DNA of 64,000 nucleotides from Candidatus Bathyarchaeota archaeon (GCA_963707955.1 OY970176.1:1376001-1440000); one strand, 5' to 3'. Shown: positions 39,553 to 49,863, counted from the first letter of the stretch. Notes: a model not told the origin generated them from the sequence alone. Made by a program: numbers and translations.

Positions 39553-39645
39553 CTACTTCTTCAAGCGTTTCTCCTTGTGCTTTCTTCTTTTCTCTTCTCT
39601 TTCCTTTTTAGTCATTGGTTTCTTTTTAGTGCTTCCAGTGCTCAA
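39553..39645 (-). CDS. 30-aa highly basic microprotein
   Basis: MSTGSTKKKPMTKKEREEKRRKHKEKRLKK; GGTGA RBS before TTG. Confidence 0.6.
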   Translation of the reverse strand: MSTGSTKKKPMTKKEREEKRRKHKEKRLKK

Positions 39646-39680
39646 TGCAATCACCACGCCTAAATAGTCAGAATAGGGAA

Positions 39681-39833
39681 TTAAGTTTCTGCGCGCGCTC
39701 TGGCTAATGCGCGTGCTTCTTCTTTTCTCCTTACTTTTTCAACGTTACTCTTTCCATGTTTCCATTTTCCTCGGCTTTTCATTCTTTTCAAAAATCGTTC
39801 TCTTTTCGCCTGCTTCTTCTCAGATCGTTTCAA
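39681..39833 (-). CDS. 50-aa highly basic microprotein
   Basis: MKRSEKKQAKRERFLKRMKSRGKWKHGKSNVEKVRRKEEARALARARAET; GGGAGG RBS before TTG. Confidence 0.55.
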   Translation of the reverse strand: MKRSEKKQAKRERFLKRMKSRGKWKHGKSNVEKVRRKEEARALARARAET

Positions 39834-40093
39834 ACAAATCTTCCCTCCCAGAATCAAATAGTAACAACAAACAAGAACTATAACCTATCACCTAAATGCG
39901 AAGTGAATGCTGTGTCTGAAACCGGAATCTAGGATAAGGGAGCCGCGTGAAAACATCCTCAGGATGGCTCTGTTGTTTAATCGCTTTATAAGGGAGTATA
40001 CGTAGTATAGGACTGCGGCGTTCTGTTGTTGAAGGACGAGAAGAACACAGCAACGTTACAAGTTAAAATCAATGATGAAAGATGTGATGGAAA

Positions 40094-40381
40094 ATGGCGG
40101 AAAAATCGGCAATTGTTTTCATTGGAAGTAAAACACCAATGGACTATGTTCTAGCAGTTATCACCAGACTATCCGCGGGCGATGCTAAGGAAGTGATCTT
40201 GAAAGCACGAGGACGAGCAATCACAACAGCTGTTGACGTAGCTGAAATAACCAGAAATCGCTTCCTAAAAGACCTAAAAGTGAGCAAAATAGCTATCGGA
40301 ACAGAGGAGATGCCGGCAAGAGAAGGCGAAAACAGAGCAAGGATGGTTTCAACAATAGAAATAAGCCTTGCAAAAGAGTAG
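40094..40381 (+). CDS. albA: DNA/RNA-binding protein Alba
   Basis: [40 protein letters not shown]. Confidence 0.96.
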   Translation: MAEKSAIVFIGSKTPMDYVLAVITRLSAGDAKEVILKARGRAITTAVDVAEITRNRFLKDLKVSKIAIGTEEMPAREGENRARMVSTIEISLAKE

Positions 40382-40451
40382 GAGAACCCTCAAGAAACAC
40401 ACGCGCAATTATAGTGAGGGACTATTAAGAAGCGGACAACGATAAAAACCA

Positions 40452-40547
40452 ATGAAGCTTGCTGTTCTGGTCTACGAGTATCCCCCAAAGATCGTCGGTG
40501 GCTTGGGAACCTACCCGGCTGAAATGACTCGCAAGTTTTATTCGTAG
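40452..40547 (+). pseudogene. N-terminal relic of a GT4 glycosyltransferase
   Basis: MKLAVLVYEYPPKIVGGLGTY..E.TRKF, cut where it meets the 3' end of tbp. Confidence 0.75.
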
Positions 40548-41098
40548 AATATGAGGTTTTGTTCTTCTAAGCTTGCGTGAAGCTTGTGCACTGCGTCATA
40601 AACGTCCTGTTCTTTCTTCGCTCCTGTGCAGACAAGGTTTCCGCTTGCGAATATCAGTATGACTACTTTAGGTTCGTCCATCCTGTAGATCAATCCTGGA
40701 AACTGCTCCGGTTCATACATGGTTTTTACAAGCTTGCTAACTGCCTGTTCCAAGTCTACTTTTCCGCCTAAGCTTACGGAGGCAACGATGTTCTGAATCT
40801 TCAACTCCGGTTTGCTGATGATGATTATTCCACTCTTTTTCAACTCTTTAACAACTGTCAATACAGCCCTGCGGGCTTCTTTTTCCGATTTCGCTCCCGT
40901 GCAAACCATTTTTCCAGAATTGAAAATCAGCGTGGCTGTCTTCGGTCGTTTGAGCCTATACACCAGTCCTGGAAACTGTTCTGGACGATATTCTACTCCT
41001 GGATTACTCTTCACGACAGCGTTTAAGTCGACTTTCTGGCTTAGTGTGGCAGAAGCAACAACGTTTTGAATGTGTACTATTGCTTTAGTCTTTGGCAT
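40538..41098 (-). CDS. tbp: TATA-box-binding protein
   Basis: Two repeats QN.VAS...Y.PEQFPGL.YR...P...LIF.SG..VCTGAK. Confidence 0.98.
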   Translation of the reverse strand: MPKTKAIVHIQNVVASATLSQKVDLNAVVKSNPGVEYRPEQFPGLVYRLKRPKTATLIFNSGKMVCTGAKSEKEARRAVLTVVKELKKSGIIIISKPELKIQNIVASVSLGGKVDLEQAVSKLVKTMYEPEQFPGLIYRMDEPKVVILIFASGNLVCTGAKKEQDVYDAVHKLHASLEEQNLIFYE

Positions 41099-41111
41099 CA
41101 AAAACCACTTC

Positions 41112-41774
41112 CTACAGTGCGTGTGCGCATTCGATGACGCTTAAGCTTCCGCTTCTCCCCAGTCGCAACTGCCGTTCACCGCTGAACCAAGCTACTTTGC
41201 CATTCTTGACATCAATTACGTCGCCCTCATGCACCGTGTCGATCTGCTGGTTCCATAAACTCATTTTCATCGAACCAGTTTCGTCTCTGATAAGTGCGTT
41301 TGATACACAAGCAGTTGTTCCATATCTCGTTTGGACGATTCTAGATTTCGGAATTTCAAGCACCTTTGCTTTAAGACTGATCTTCTTCATTCCAACTTTC
41401 AAGTCACCAATTTTAGAGTTAGCACCCTCAAAATTCTTAAATGAGGAAACTCTGGCCAAAATTGCTTCCGTAAAGCTTTCGAGCTGATCCTTTCCTCGCA
41501 GGATGGCAATCGATATCGGAAATTGAGCTACAACCTTTCGCTCGTTGGTAAAGAGAAAATTCGCTGAATTCTTCTTCCTCTTGCGACATTTCACAACCAA
41601 CTGCTTACATTCTGACCCGTCGTTATTCCAAGCTTCCACGATACAATTGAAAAATTCACTCGAATCAACCTTATGCAACACCGCAATTCTCGCAAGGTAC
41701 TCCAGAATCCGTCCATCTTTGTATGAAATGCTGTTAAGAGGCCTGCCTCTACCTCTCCAAATTTGTCTAGCCAT
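41112..41774 (-). CDS. OB-fold single-stranded DNA-binding (RPA/SSB-like) protein with extra N-terminal domain
   Basis: KIGDLKVGM..ISLKAKVLE...IRDETGS..MSLWN...GDVI.V.NG...L.LGR.G. Confidence 0.88.
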   Translation of the reverse strand: MARQIWRGRGRPLNSISYKDGRILEYLARIAVLHKVDSSEFFNCIVEAWNNDGSECKQLVVKCRKRKKNSANFLFTNERKVVAQFPISIAILRGKDQLESFTEAILARVSSFKNFEGANSKIGDLKVGMKKISLKAKVLEIPKSRIVQTRYGTTACVSNALIRDETGSMKMSLWNQQIDTVHEGDVIDVKNGKVAWFSGERQLRLGRSGSLSVIECAHAL

Positions 41775-41944
41775 CTAACTTGTTTCCACTCTGCTTTTTT
41801 TCACTCGACAAATCCATCGCTAAAATAATAGATCTGGAATGTGCATCTCACTATTCTCAACATCACTTATATAGCTTAGCTGCTAGGCCTACCTGTCTAT
41901 AGTTGTTGAAGTCGTCTGAGGTACGCCCTAACGTTTAGCGCGTT

Positions 41945-42070
41945 CTAGCTGAGCAGTTCGACTCTTGCTCCTATTGCTTGTCCAAGTGTGCCTTTGTGGA
42001 ATTTGGCTGTGACAACGCTTTTCTTGCCGTGCAAGCCCATAATTTTGCCGATGAAGCTGTTCTGTCCATA
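41945..42070 (-). pseudogene. rpl35ae: C-terminal relic of ribosomal protein L35Ae
   Basis: YGQNSFIGKIMGLHGKKSVVTAKFHKGTLGQAIGARVELLS*; matches GKI..LHG..G.V...F...LPGQA.G; 5' half absent beyond the CGCGCGC at 42075. Confidence 0.75.
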
Positions 42071-42161
42071 CTAACGCGCGCTCCAGACCATAAAAAGACT
42101 CGGGCACCTAACACTCAGGCAGTAGCCAAGAAAAGGTTTCTCCTTCTCTGCACTCACTTCT

Positions 42162-42389
42162 TTGCTTCAATCGAATGTCCAAGGGTTTAAACGCGAATTT
42201 GCAGAGTATTTGGGCGCAAAGCATGCAATTTGTATCTCAAACGGCACAGTATCCCTTGAAATAGCTCTGTTAGCTATGGGTGTAGGTAAGAGTGATGAGG
42301 TCATCACTTCGCCTTGTGCATTCGGTGTCGTTCCAATAAGGTGTGTGTTAAAAAAATCTTCACTGCAGTACACTACAACTAGGGATTAA
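42162..42389 (+). pseudogene. Relic of a DegT/DnrJ/EryC1/StrS aminotransferase
   Basis: F.REFAEYLGAKHAICISNGTVSLEIALLAMGVG..DEVITSP..F, then similarity is lost. Confidence 0.85.
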
Positions 42390-42459
42390 CAAAACGCGCA
42401 TGCTCATTTTTGCAACAACTTGCAAGAGATCATGATTTGACTGAATGTGTATGCGTCAG

Positions 42460-42603
42460 CTAATGAAGTTGATAGTTTATTTTTCCTTTTTCATTCACTT
42501 TAGATATGATTATGGTGAATTGTGCACCTTTGCCAGGAATGACATTTTCTTGTATGGTCCAACCGTAAAATTCCGTAATCTGGATCAGGTAAAGTCCGTA
42601 GTC
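42460..42603 (-). pseudogene. C-terminal relic of a histidine kinase HATPase_c domain
   Basis: DYGLYLI..ITEFYGWTIQEN..PGKGAQFTIII (G2/G3 box region); starts 3 nt from the GCGCGCGCGC at 42607-42616. Confidence 0.75.
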
Positions 42604-42684
42604 TGAGCGCGCGCGCTAAATTGAAAAGGTGACAAAACTTCTATATATGTTAGGTGTCTAAGCTTGAACTAGCGGAGATCGAAT

Positions 42685-42909
42685 ATGAAACCTGAGCATT
42701 ATAAACCGATAAGGAAAGAAAAGCCCAAACGAAAGGGCAAGATTAGTGCGCGCAAGAGTCGAATGCTTGCAGAGGCTCAAGAATGGAAACCCATCACTTC
42801 TCCACAATTGCGTGAGGCTTACTCTGCTAAAATAGAATGGGTAAGGAAGCTAATTCCCAAATTGAAAAGAGAAGCAGAAGTGCCGGAAGAAAAAAAAGAG
42901 CTTAGATAA
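42685..42909 (+). CDS. 74-aa basic hypothetical protein
   Basis: TATATA at about 42642, GGAG RBS, ATG; flanked by (CG)n tracts on both sides. Confidence 0.6.
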   Translation: MKPEHYKPIRKEKPKRKGKISARKSRMLAEAQEWKPITSPQLREAYSAKIEWVRKLIPKLKREAEVPEEKKELR

Positions 42910-42941
42910 GCGCACGCGCGCGCTTTTTACGTTTCGCTTAA

Positions 42942-42971
42942 TTATCCTAATGTTGTTTATCCTAATGTTGT
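42942..42971. repeat. Perfect 15-bp tandem duplication TTATCCTAATGTTGT x2
   Basis: Copies at 42942-42956 and 42957-42971. Confidence 0.9.
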
Positions 42972-43031
42972 TCTTTTCCTAAGAACTATCGGAAGTACCA
43001 AATCGTGAATTACCATTCTGCTCATTTGAAA

Positions 43032-43259
43032 TCACTCCATCTTAACTTTAAGAATCCATTTTCCTTTAGGACTGCCGTCTAAATCGACTCCTCTGCCCTT
43101 TAACACTTTAAATTCGCCCTGTTTCAAACCTAAATTTTGCATGGCGAATTCTGTTGCTTGTTTAATCGTACAGAATCCAGCTGGTTTCTTTGCCTCAGTC
43201 TCTGTAAATCCCCATTCTGGCGGAACTAAACTGCCTATTTGCAAAACTTTTAATCTCAT
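43032..43259 (-). CDS. 75-aa hypothetical protein
   Basis: GAGG/GGAGGT RBS upstream of ATG; globular-looking sequence. Confidence 0.65.
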   Translation of the reverse strand: MRLKVLQIGSLVPPEWGFTETEAKKPAGFCTIKQATEFAMQNLGLKQGEFKVLKGRGVDLDGSPKGKWILKVKME

Positions 43260-43485
43260 TCCTCTTTAACCTCCTCAAGGGAAATAGCAGAACAGTCTAT
43301 GAATCGACAGTCTCGTCACTTCATGTCTTCGCTCCAGCTATTATAGAATGGAAATCGCTGTTAAAGCTTGCTTATCCCTTTAAGAAATCTTCTTCAAGCC
43401 AATTTTATGTATCAGAGAAAAATAGGGAAAGTTACGTTATAACCATTCTCCCAATCAATAATAACTCAACAATTTAGTAATAGAG

Positions 43486-43566
43486 TTACTTCTTTTCCTC
43501 TGGCTTTTTCTCTGCGGGTTTCTTTTCCTCTTTTTTCTCTTCCTTCTTCTTTCGCTTCAAGGGCAT
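43486..43566 (-). CDS. 26-aa Lys/Glu-rich microprotein
   Basis: MPLKRKKKEEKKEEKKPAEKKPEEKK; GGGGTGA RBS; 40 nt downstream of the Cren7-like gene. Confidence 0.55.
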   Translation of the reverse strand: MPLKRKKKEEKKEEKKPAEKKPEEKK

Positions 43567-43606
43567 GTCAATCACCCCCACTTAGTTTGTTATTGGCTCA
43601 TGGATG

Positions 43607-43777
43607 TCAGATCTTTTGTTTGCTCAACGCAACTCTAAATGGTTTCTTGCATTGTGAGCAATCGAAAAGACCGATCTCCATCTGCATCCTCTTGCCCGTT
43701 TTGTCAGGTCGACCAGCCATCGTCCATCTTTTCTTTGGCGAACTCACTTCGGTTCCACACTTTGGACATTTAGCCAT
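43607..43777 (-). CDS. Cren7-like Zn-ribbon chromatin protein
   Basis: MAKCPKCG.EV..PKK.W.MAGRP..TG....IGLFDC..CKKPFR; P.K.W...IGLF...FR is the Cren7 signature; GGAGG RBS. Confidence 0.8.
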   Translation of the reverse strand: MAKCPKCGTEVSSPKKRWTMAGRPDKTGKRMQMEIGLFDCSQCKKPFRVALSKQKI

Positions 43778-44269
43778 AACGTTTCCTCCATTACCAGTCA
43801 TCATGTCGTTGTAAACCGAATGAATAAAGGGTTTATGATGCTTTTAGTCCGTTCTTGCTCTGTCATTCTTTCACTTTCCATTTCCGGTCGAGTTCTCAAT
43901 CATTTCTTTGTGTGCTTTTTCTTGCTCTTCTTTTTCTTCTTGCCCAAAAGCCTCCCCCCGCGCTAAATCGCGTAATTCGTTCCTGTGTAATGTAATCAGG
44001 TCATATATAAAAAATATCAAATCAAAAACGTTATTATTGGTTTTACCACCACTGCTTCAAAATTCTCAACTGCTTCTGGTTGACCTACAAACACGCGCGC
44101 GCCCCGCCGAGACCCGCGCCCGAAAGAACAGGGCATGCTGCTTAACACTCTTCGCAACAAAGATGACTGCCAAGCGCGCATGCATGTTCCTAAAATGACT
44201 TTATGAAAGACGTCTGATATGTATTGCGTGGACTGGCTAGTCTTTGACTATGGTCCGTGCGACCGGTAA

Positions 44270-44645
44270 AATGACTGGACGATGCCCGTGAGCTGCTAGA
44301 TGACGCCGTGAAGATTGCCGAGGAGATTGTTGAGGTGATGCAGCCTGACATGGAAACCCGTTTCAAAGTCTGCTCAGGATACGTTCTCTCCAGCATACGT
44401 AGACACCTGCGAAACCAAGGATTTAACGTGGAAGAAGTGGAAATCAGAGGCGAACTCCAAGCGATGGTTGCGCTAAGCTACGTAAGATGGTGCCGGCAGA
44501 AAGACTGGAAGACGAGAGACGCTTCTGGGCGCTTTTAGAATGGGTTGCGGAAAAACCCAAAATCAGAGAAAAACTCGTAAAAACAGGGTGGAAAAGCTGG
44601 CGTGAAAAGTGGCGAGAGCATGCTTTTAAGATGGCTAGAAAATAA
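44270..44645 (+). pseudogene. 5'-truncated, frameshifted conserved hypothetical gene
   Basis: LDDAVKIAEEI...VCSGY...GELQ in one frame, then FWALLEWV...REKLVKTGWKSW...* in another. Confidence 0.65.
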
Positions 44646-44728
44646 CGTTGGAAAATATTTCGGAAGACTATCTGCTTTCTAGGGGAATAAAATTAGGCAG
44701 GTCAATGTGGAAAAAACACTAAAAAGTC

Positions 44729-44956
44729 TTATTTGACTATTTCAGCGTTTGCGGCGCTACGGCCTATCCTCGTGATCCTTATTTTAACATGGTCTCTAGG
44801 CTTTGCGTTGGCAACGAATATTACGAAACCTTGGATTCTGGCTATGTCTTCCCCTTGGCGGCTCGTCTCCGTTATGTCCACTTCGTATTCCTTGCCCATC
44901 TCAACTGGGCAAGGCTTAAAGTCCCCACCATAACCGCGTCTTCTCTCATAACTCAT
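44729..44956 (-). CDS. Single TRAM-domain RNA chaperone (possibly decaying)
   Basis: PVEMGKEYEVDI...GEDIARIQGFVIFV.NAKPRD.VKIRI; two normally Gly positions are replaced (GED, PRD). Confidence 0.88.
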   Translation of the reverse strand: MSYERRRGYGGDFKPCPVEMGKEYEVDITETSRQGEDIARIQGFVIFVANAKPRDHVKIRITRIGRSAANAEIVK

Positions 44957-45022
44957 AGGGCATCTTCCTCCTTTCACATTTGTGATGATAATGCTCACTT
45001 TAAGACTTTAAGTGTTCGCGCG

Positions 45023-45120
45023 CGTCATGAGACACCTAGAGAACTTGATGAGGCTTTGGATAAAGCTGATGCCTATATCTTGGGAGCTCCATTGTACTGT
45101 TTGGAGGTAAATGGTTTAAC
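45023..45120 (+). pseudogene. Internal relic of a flavodoxin/NADPH-dependent FMN reductase gene
   Basis: ELDEALDKADAYILGAPLY..EVNG; begins at the CGCGCGCG at 45017-45024. Confidence 0.55.
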
Positions 45121-45145
45121 CAGGACTGAAGGAACGGGGATAAAC

Positions 45146-45439
45146 ATGATATCGTCTAAGGCGAAAAATCGAATGAAACGTGAGCTAAGCTTGGAGAAGC
45201 CAACAATATGGGTTGGTAAGGAGGGAGCGTCGCCGCAGACGGTGAATGAGATTTCTAGGCAGTTGGAGAAAAGGAAAATAGTGAAAGTTCAAATATTGAA
45301 AAACGCGCTTAAGGATGAGAGCGCCAAAGACATCGCGTCAAAAACAGCTCAGCAAACGGCATCCACCCTAATCGATGTTCGAGGACACACTTTCATACTG
45401 CATAAGCCTCGCAAAAAGAGAAGTGAAAAGCCTCTGTGA
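45146..45439 (+). CDS. YhbY/CRM-domain RNA-binding protein
   Basis: KPTIWVGKEG, EI.RQLEKRKIVKVQILK, IDVRGHTFIL. Confidence 0.92.
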   Translation: MISSKAKNRMKRELSLEKPTIWVGKEGASPQTVNEISRQLEKRKIVKVQILKNALKDESAKDIASKTAQQTASTLIDVRGHTFILHKPRKKRSEKPL

Positions 45440-45742
45440 GAGGACCGTTTAGAGGTTTTGAAAGGGATGAGATTGGAATAATCTTGTTGAGGAAGGTTCA
45501 AAAACACCCATTTCCTTCATGCCTTTAACCTTGCTTTCATGAACCTACCTCTGTCAAGAGATCCTAAAATGGCTGACGCATCCATTGACAAAGACGCGCG
45601 CGGAGCTGCGTGGACCTTGTATGCATGTCAGCACATGCCTTATTTGTATTGAAGTTTCAGGGTCACTTTAATGGTCCTCTACTTATATTGGGAGAAAGGA
45701 TTAGTGCTTCTATCAGAAATATATTTAGTGGAGCGTTGAAGA

Positions 45743-47911
45743 TTGAGCGAAGTTCAGCTGAGAGTTCTGGATTCCAGACAGAGAGATGTGGCAAGAGGAA
45801 TCGCTAGAATAGACCAGACCACAATGCAAAAGTTAGGAGTTTCATCTGGAGACGTAATAGAGTTCTCAGGGAAGAAAAAGACGTCGGCGATCGCTTGGCC
45901 AGCGTACTCTGAAGAACAGGATCCAAGCATTATGCGAATCGATGGGTTCTTACGTAAAAATGCCGGCGTATCAATAAACGAGTACGTTGTAGTTCGCAAG
46001 GCTGAAGTTAAAAATGCTATGAGCATAGTGCTTGCTCCAGTGGATATGCGATTTAACTTTGACGAAGACTTTGCAAATTTTGTGAAGAACAGACTTATGG
46101 ATAGGACGTTTGTTGAGGGAGACACGACGCTCGTTATGATGCTTGGTCATTCCGTTCAATTCACTGTTGCGAAGATGCAGCCCCACGGAATAGTCAAGAT
46201 GACTCACGATACTAGATTGCAGATATTGACTGAACCTGTTGCGGAAGCTGAAGTTGTGCCACGTACCACCTATGAGGACTTAGGAGGGTTGGAGGAGGAG
46301 ATTCAACGGATAAGGGAGATGGTTGAACTTCCAATGGAGCATCCCGAGATTTTCCAGAGGCTTGGAATAGATCCTCCGAAAGGGGTTCTACTGATCGGTC
46401 CACCCGGCTGCGGAAAGACACTCCTAGCTAGAGCAGTAGCGAATGAGTCTGGTGCAAACTTTTTCTCAATAAACGGGCCTGAGATAATAAGTAAGTTCTA
46501 TGGGGAGTCGGAGGCGAGGCTTCGAGAAATATTTCAACAGGCCCAACAGAACGCTCCGAGCATTATACTCATAGACGAGCTGGACTCCATAGCGCCCAAA
46601 CGTGAGGAGGTTACAGGTGAAGTGGAGAGAAGGGTTGTCGCTCAGCTTCTAGCTCTCATGGACGGATTGTCTGGTAGAGGAAATGTCATAGTAATAGGTG
46701 TAACGAACAGGCCGAATGCCTTGGATCCAGCTCTCAGGAGGCCTGGGAGGTTTGACCGCGAGATAGAGATAGGGATCCCAGACAAGCGGGGGCGTCATGA
46801 AATATTGTTGATTCATAGCAGAGGCATGCCCCTAGCCGGTGATGTTGACTTAAAGGTGCTTGCTGAGCGGGCGCACGGTTACACGGGTGCCGACTTGGCC
46901 GCCCTGTGTAGAGAGACAGCTATGAAAGCTCTACGTAGGTATCTTCCCGAGATAAATCTGGAGGAAGAGCGAATACCTTCCTGCGTCCTGGAGAAGATGG
47001 AGGTTCGGATGGATGATTTCATGAACGCCTTCAAGGAGATTACGCCTACAGTCATGAGGGAGGTTGCTGTGGAAGTCCCGGTTGTTCATTGGGATGAAGT
47101 GGGAGGCTTGGAGGAGGTTAAAGAGGAGTTAAAGGAGGCTGTTGAGTGGCCGCTGAAGAATCCTGAAGTCTTCAAGAGATTGGGGATTCAGCCGCCTAAG
47201 GGTATACTGTTAATAGGTCCGCCCGGTTGTGGGAAGACGATGCTGGCCAGGGCTGTTGCAACTGAGAGCGAGGCAAACTTCATCTCGATTAAGGGTCCGG
47301 AGGTCTTTTCTAAGTGGGTTGGCGAGTCTGAAAGGGCTGTTCGAGAGGTCTTCAGGAAGGCTAGAATGGCTTCGCCAGCCGTCATATTCTTCGATGAGAT
47401 TGACTCTCTTGCCCCAAGGAGGAGGCTGGGTTACGGCGACAGCGGCGTAACTGAACGCGTCATCAGCCAGCTTTTAACAGAAATGGATGGAATGATACGC
47501 TCAGAAGACATCATATTCTTAGCTGCGACAAATAGGCCCGACATCATCGACCCAGCCGCATTAAGGCCAGGCAGATTCGATCGGCTGATATATGTTCCAG
47601 AACCTGACGAAGCTGCCAGGCTTGAAATCTTTAAGATTCACACGAAGAACATGCCACTATCAAAGGATGTGGACATAAAGGAGCATCGCATAACGAAAGG
47701 TTACTCCGGCGCCGATATATCATCCGTGTGCAGAGAGGCCGCCATGAACGCTTTGAAAAGAGACATCAACGCAAAAGAGGTCACCTTCAGCGATTTTGAG
47801 AAAGCTATGGAGAAGGTTCCACCAAGCATACCGCCAGAAATTGAGAATTGGTACAGGAGCTTCATGAATCAGGTTCGAAGGATGCAGAAACCTACGCCTC
47901 TTATAGTGTAA
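45743..47911 (+). CDS. cdc48: Cdc48/VCP-family AAA+ ATPase
   Basis: N-domain plus two AAA modules (GPPGCGKT x2, IDE/FDE, RPGRFDR x2). Confidence 0.96.
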   Translation: MSEVQLRVLDSRQRDVARGIARIDQTTMQKLGVSSGDVIEFSGKKKTSAIAWPAYSEEQDPSIMRIDGFLRKNAGVSINEYVVVRKAEVKNAMSIVLAPVDMRFNFDEDFANFVKNRLMDRTFVEGDTTLVMMLGHSVQFTVAKMQPHGIVKMTHDTRLQILTEPVAEAEVVPRTTYEDLGGLEEEIQRIREMVELPMEHPEIFQRLGIDPPKGVLLIGPPGCGKTLLARAVANESGANFFSINGPEIISKFYGESEARLREIFQQAQQNAPSIILIDELDSIAPKREEVTGEVERRVVAQLLALMDGLSGRGNVIVIGVTNRPNALDPALRRPGRFDREIEIGIPDKRGRHEILLIHSRGMPLAGDVDLKVLAERAHGYTGADLAALCRETAMKALRRYLPEINLEEERIPSCVLEKMEVRMDDFMNAFKEITPTVMREVAVEVPVVHWDEVGGLEEVKEELKEAVEWPLKNPEVFKRLGIQPPKGILLIGPPGCGKTMLARAVATESEANFISIKGPEVFSKWVGESERAVREVFRKARMASPAVIFFDEIDSLAPRRRLGYGDSGVTERVISQLLTEMDGMIRSEDIIFLAATNRPDIIDPAALRPGRFDRLIYVPEPDEAARLEIFKIHTKNMPLSKDVDIKEHRITKGYSGADISSVCREAAMNALKRDINAKEVTFSDFEKAMEKVPPSIPPEIENWYRSFMNQVRRMQKPTPLIV

Positions 47912-48033
47912 TCCCAGAAGCGACAGATAAACGTCAATTCACCCCTCTCTCTAGTCAACCTTTTTGATTCGCGCGCGCGGAAAACCGTGCGAAACACGCA
48001 CGTCCGTTCTTCCTCCTCGCTCTTGATTTCTGT

Positions 48034-49386
48034 TTAGATTTTGTCCTTTGATAGTTTTGCGATAAAGAAGCCGTTGCATTTGTGAGTGTGAGGATAGAGC
48101 CTTTGACATTTTTCTAATCCTCTCAGTCCGGACGAGCCTATTCTTGGCGTTATTTCGCTCAATGAAAGCTCGGGATGCCATTTCAGGAATTTTTCAATGA
48201 TCATTTCATTCTCTTCGGCTGTTACACTGCATGTAGAATAGATTAATACGCCTCCTGACTTTACCTTATCTGCGCAGTTGTTCAGCATTTGCCATTGAAT
48301 TTCAGCCATTCGCTCAATCGACCTGGGGGTAAGCCGCCATTTGGCTGAAGGCACTTTTCCGAAGGTGCCTGTGCCCGTGCATGGTGGATCTAAAACTATG
48401 ATGTCTGCCTCTTCCGTGAACGGTAATGGGGTACGTGCATCTGCAATGATTGGTTCGGCGATCTCTACACCCATGTGTACAATTTGGCTTTTCCAGACGG
48501 TGATTCTGCGCTTTGAGTAATCTATGGAGAGGATGCTGCCGCGGTTCTGCATTAACTGGGCCAGATAGGTGGTTTTTGCTCCTGGGGCCGCACAAACATC
48601 TAAGACGGTCATTCTAGGTTGTGGGTTTGCGGTTTCTACTGTGAAGCAGCTTGCCTTGTCTTCAACGTAGAATAGGCCTTCCTTGAAGCTTGATGCTCTG
48701 GTTACAGGTTGTTTTGCTGCTGCGACTTTGTACGTGTAGCGCAACTGTTCAACCTTCTCAAGTCTAACGCCTTCTTCAGAGAGTCTTTCAAGAATTTGCT
48801 TTTCCTCAGCTTTGAGGGTGTTCAGTCTAAGATAAGTTGGCGGCGGTTGCGCATTTGCTTCTAGCATGGCAATAGTTTGGTTTCTGCCGAATAGTTTGAA
48901 GCAGTATTTTACGAACCACGTTGGATGGAAAGTTTGAAGTCCAACCTGTTCCTCGCCACCTGCACCTGCAAACACCATTGCAGGCCGTTGGGTCAATAGC
49001 ATGCCTAGGAAGGGCTCTACTTTAATTAGCGTTTTCCATCCTAGAATGCTGCGTGCCAGTTTAGCTATGCTCCCAGCTTCTTTGAGGTTCGGACTGAACC
49101 AGTTTTTAGCCATTCGCATTTGATAAACATAAAGTCGCAGGAACGCCTGCACGCCCAAACTGCATTCGTTGATTGTCGCAGGTTTCATGGTGCCATTTAT
49201 GAATTTGTCTATGAAGTTTTGCCGGCGAACAGTTTCAGAAACAAGCATATGAGCTAATCTTAAAGAGTCATGGTCTTCTATGCCTAGCTGTTTAACCGTT
49301 CTCGCGAAGGCTAAAGGCTCACTTAATCTTCGCATTTCCATCCAGCTCAGAGTTTCAATGGCAAGCGTCCAAGCTTCTTTGAGCAA
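48034..49386 (-). CDS. RsmB/NOP2 family RNA m5C methyltransferase
   Basis: LRLNTLK, LDVCAAPGAKT, LDPPCTGTG, YSTCS..AEENE, GFFIAKL. Confidence 0.94.
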   Translation of the reverse strand: MLKEAWTLAIETLSWMEMRRLSEPLAFARTVKQLGIEDHDSLRLAHMLVSETVRRQNFIDKFINGTMKPATINECSLGVQAFLRLYVYQMRMAKNWFSPNLKEAGSIAKLARSILGWKTLIKVEPFLGMLLTQRPAMVFAGAGGEEQVGLQTFHPTWFVKYCFKLFGRNQTIAMLEANAQPPPTYLRLNTLKAEEKQILERLSEEGVRLEKVEQLRYTYKVAAAKQPVTRASSFKEGLFYVEDKASCFTVETANPQPRMTVLDVCAAPGAKTTYLAQLMQNRGSILSIDYSKRRITVWKSQIVHMGVEIAEPIIADARTPLPFTEEADIIVLDPPCTGTGTFGKVPSAKWRLTPRSIERMAEIQWQMLNNCADKVKSGGVLIYSTCSVTAEENEMIIEKFLKWHPELSLSEITPRIGSSGLRGLEKCQRLYPHTHKCNGFFIAKLSKDKI

Positions 49387-49863
49387 ACGCGTTCACACAC
49401 CGATGACAAAGGCGAGGACGTAGATAAAAAGCGCGCGCGCTATGTCCGGATAAGCTGGGTCGGAAAGGCTGTTAGCGTAGACCGAGCGAGCGAGTTCAAC
49501 ATGGACATCTTAATTCCGCCGCAAATTTGTCCTTTCATTACTTTTCTTGACGAACAGTCATAATGAGTCACTCAAACACTCAGCCCCACCAGCCTCAGAC
49601 AGCAGATCCAGAATCCCCACATCAACCTCGTCGACACAAGCAATCCTCCCAAACATCGTCCTTTTAAAATGGGATAGGCCCTTGCGCACTTTGAAAGAGG
49701 AAAAAGAGGGTTGCGCGGGAGCGCGCGTGGTTAGGAGGCGCGTTGCCTTGTCCCGAAATTATGTGTTGAAGTAGGTTCGTGAGACTGCCTTGTCGGTTCT
49801 CCCAATGTTTTCTGCTGCTTCTCTTGTTAGGACTAGACTAAGTATGCTGTAGTGAGAATAAAG

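Noticed and set aside
42071-42090. Deleting GCGCGCGTT restores V-W-K-Y-G in L35Ae, suggesting a clean 9-nt insertion
   Set aside because: Sequence further upstream does not resemble the L35Ae N-terminus, so a junction is the simpler reading; the VW match may be chance.
44789-45439. 216-aa tracked ORF as an N-terminally extended YhbY
   Set aside because: Its first part is antisense to the TRAM gene plus a flavodoxin scrap; YhbY similarity starts at Met 45146.
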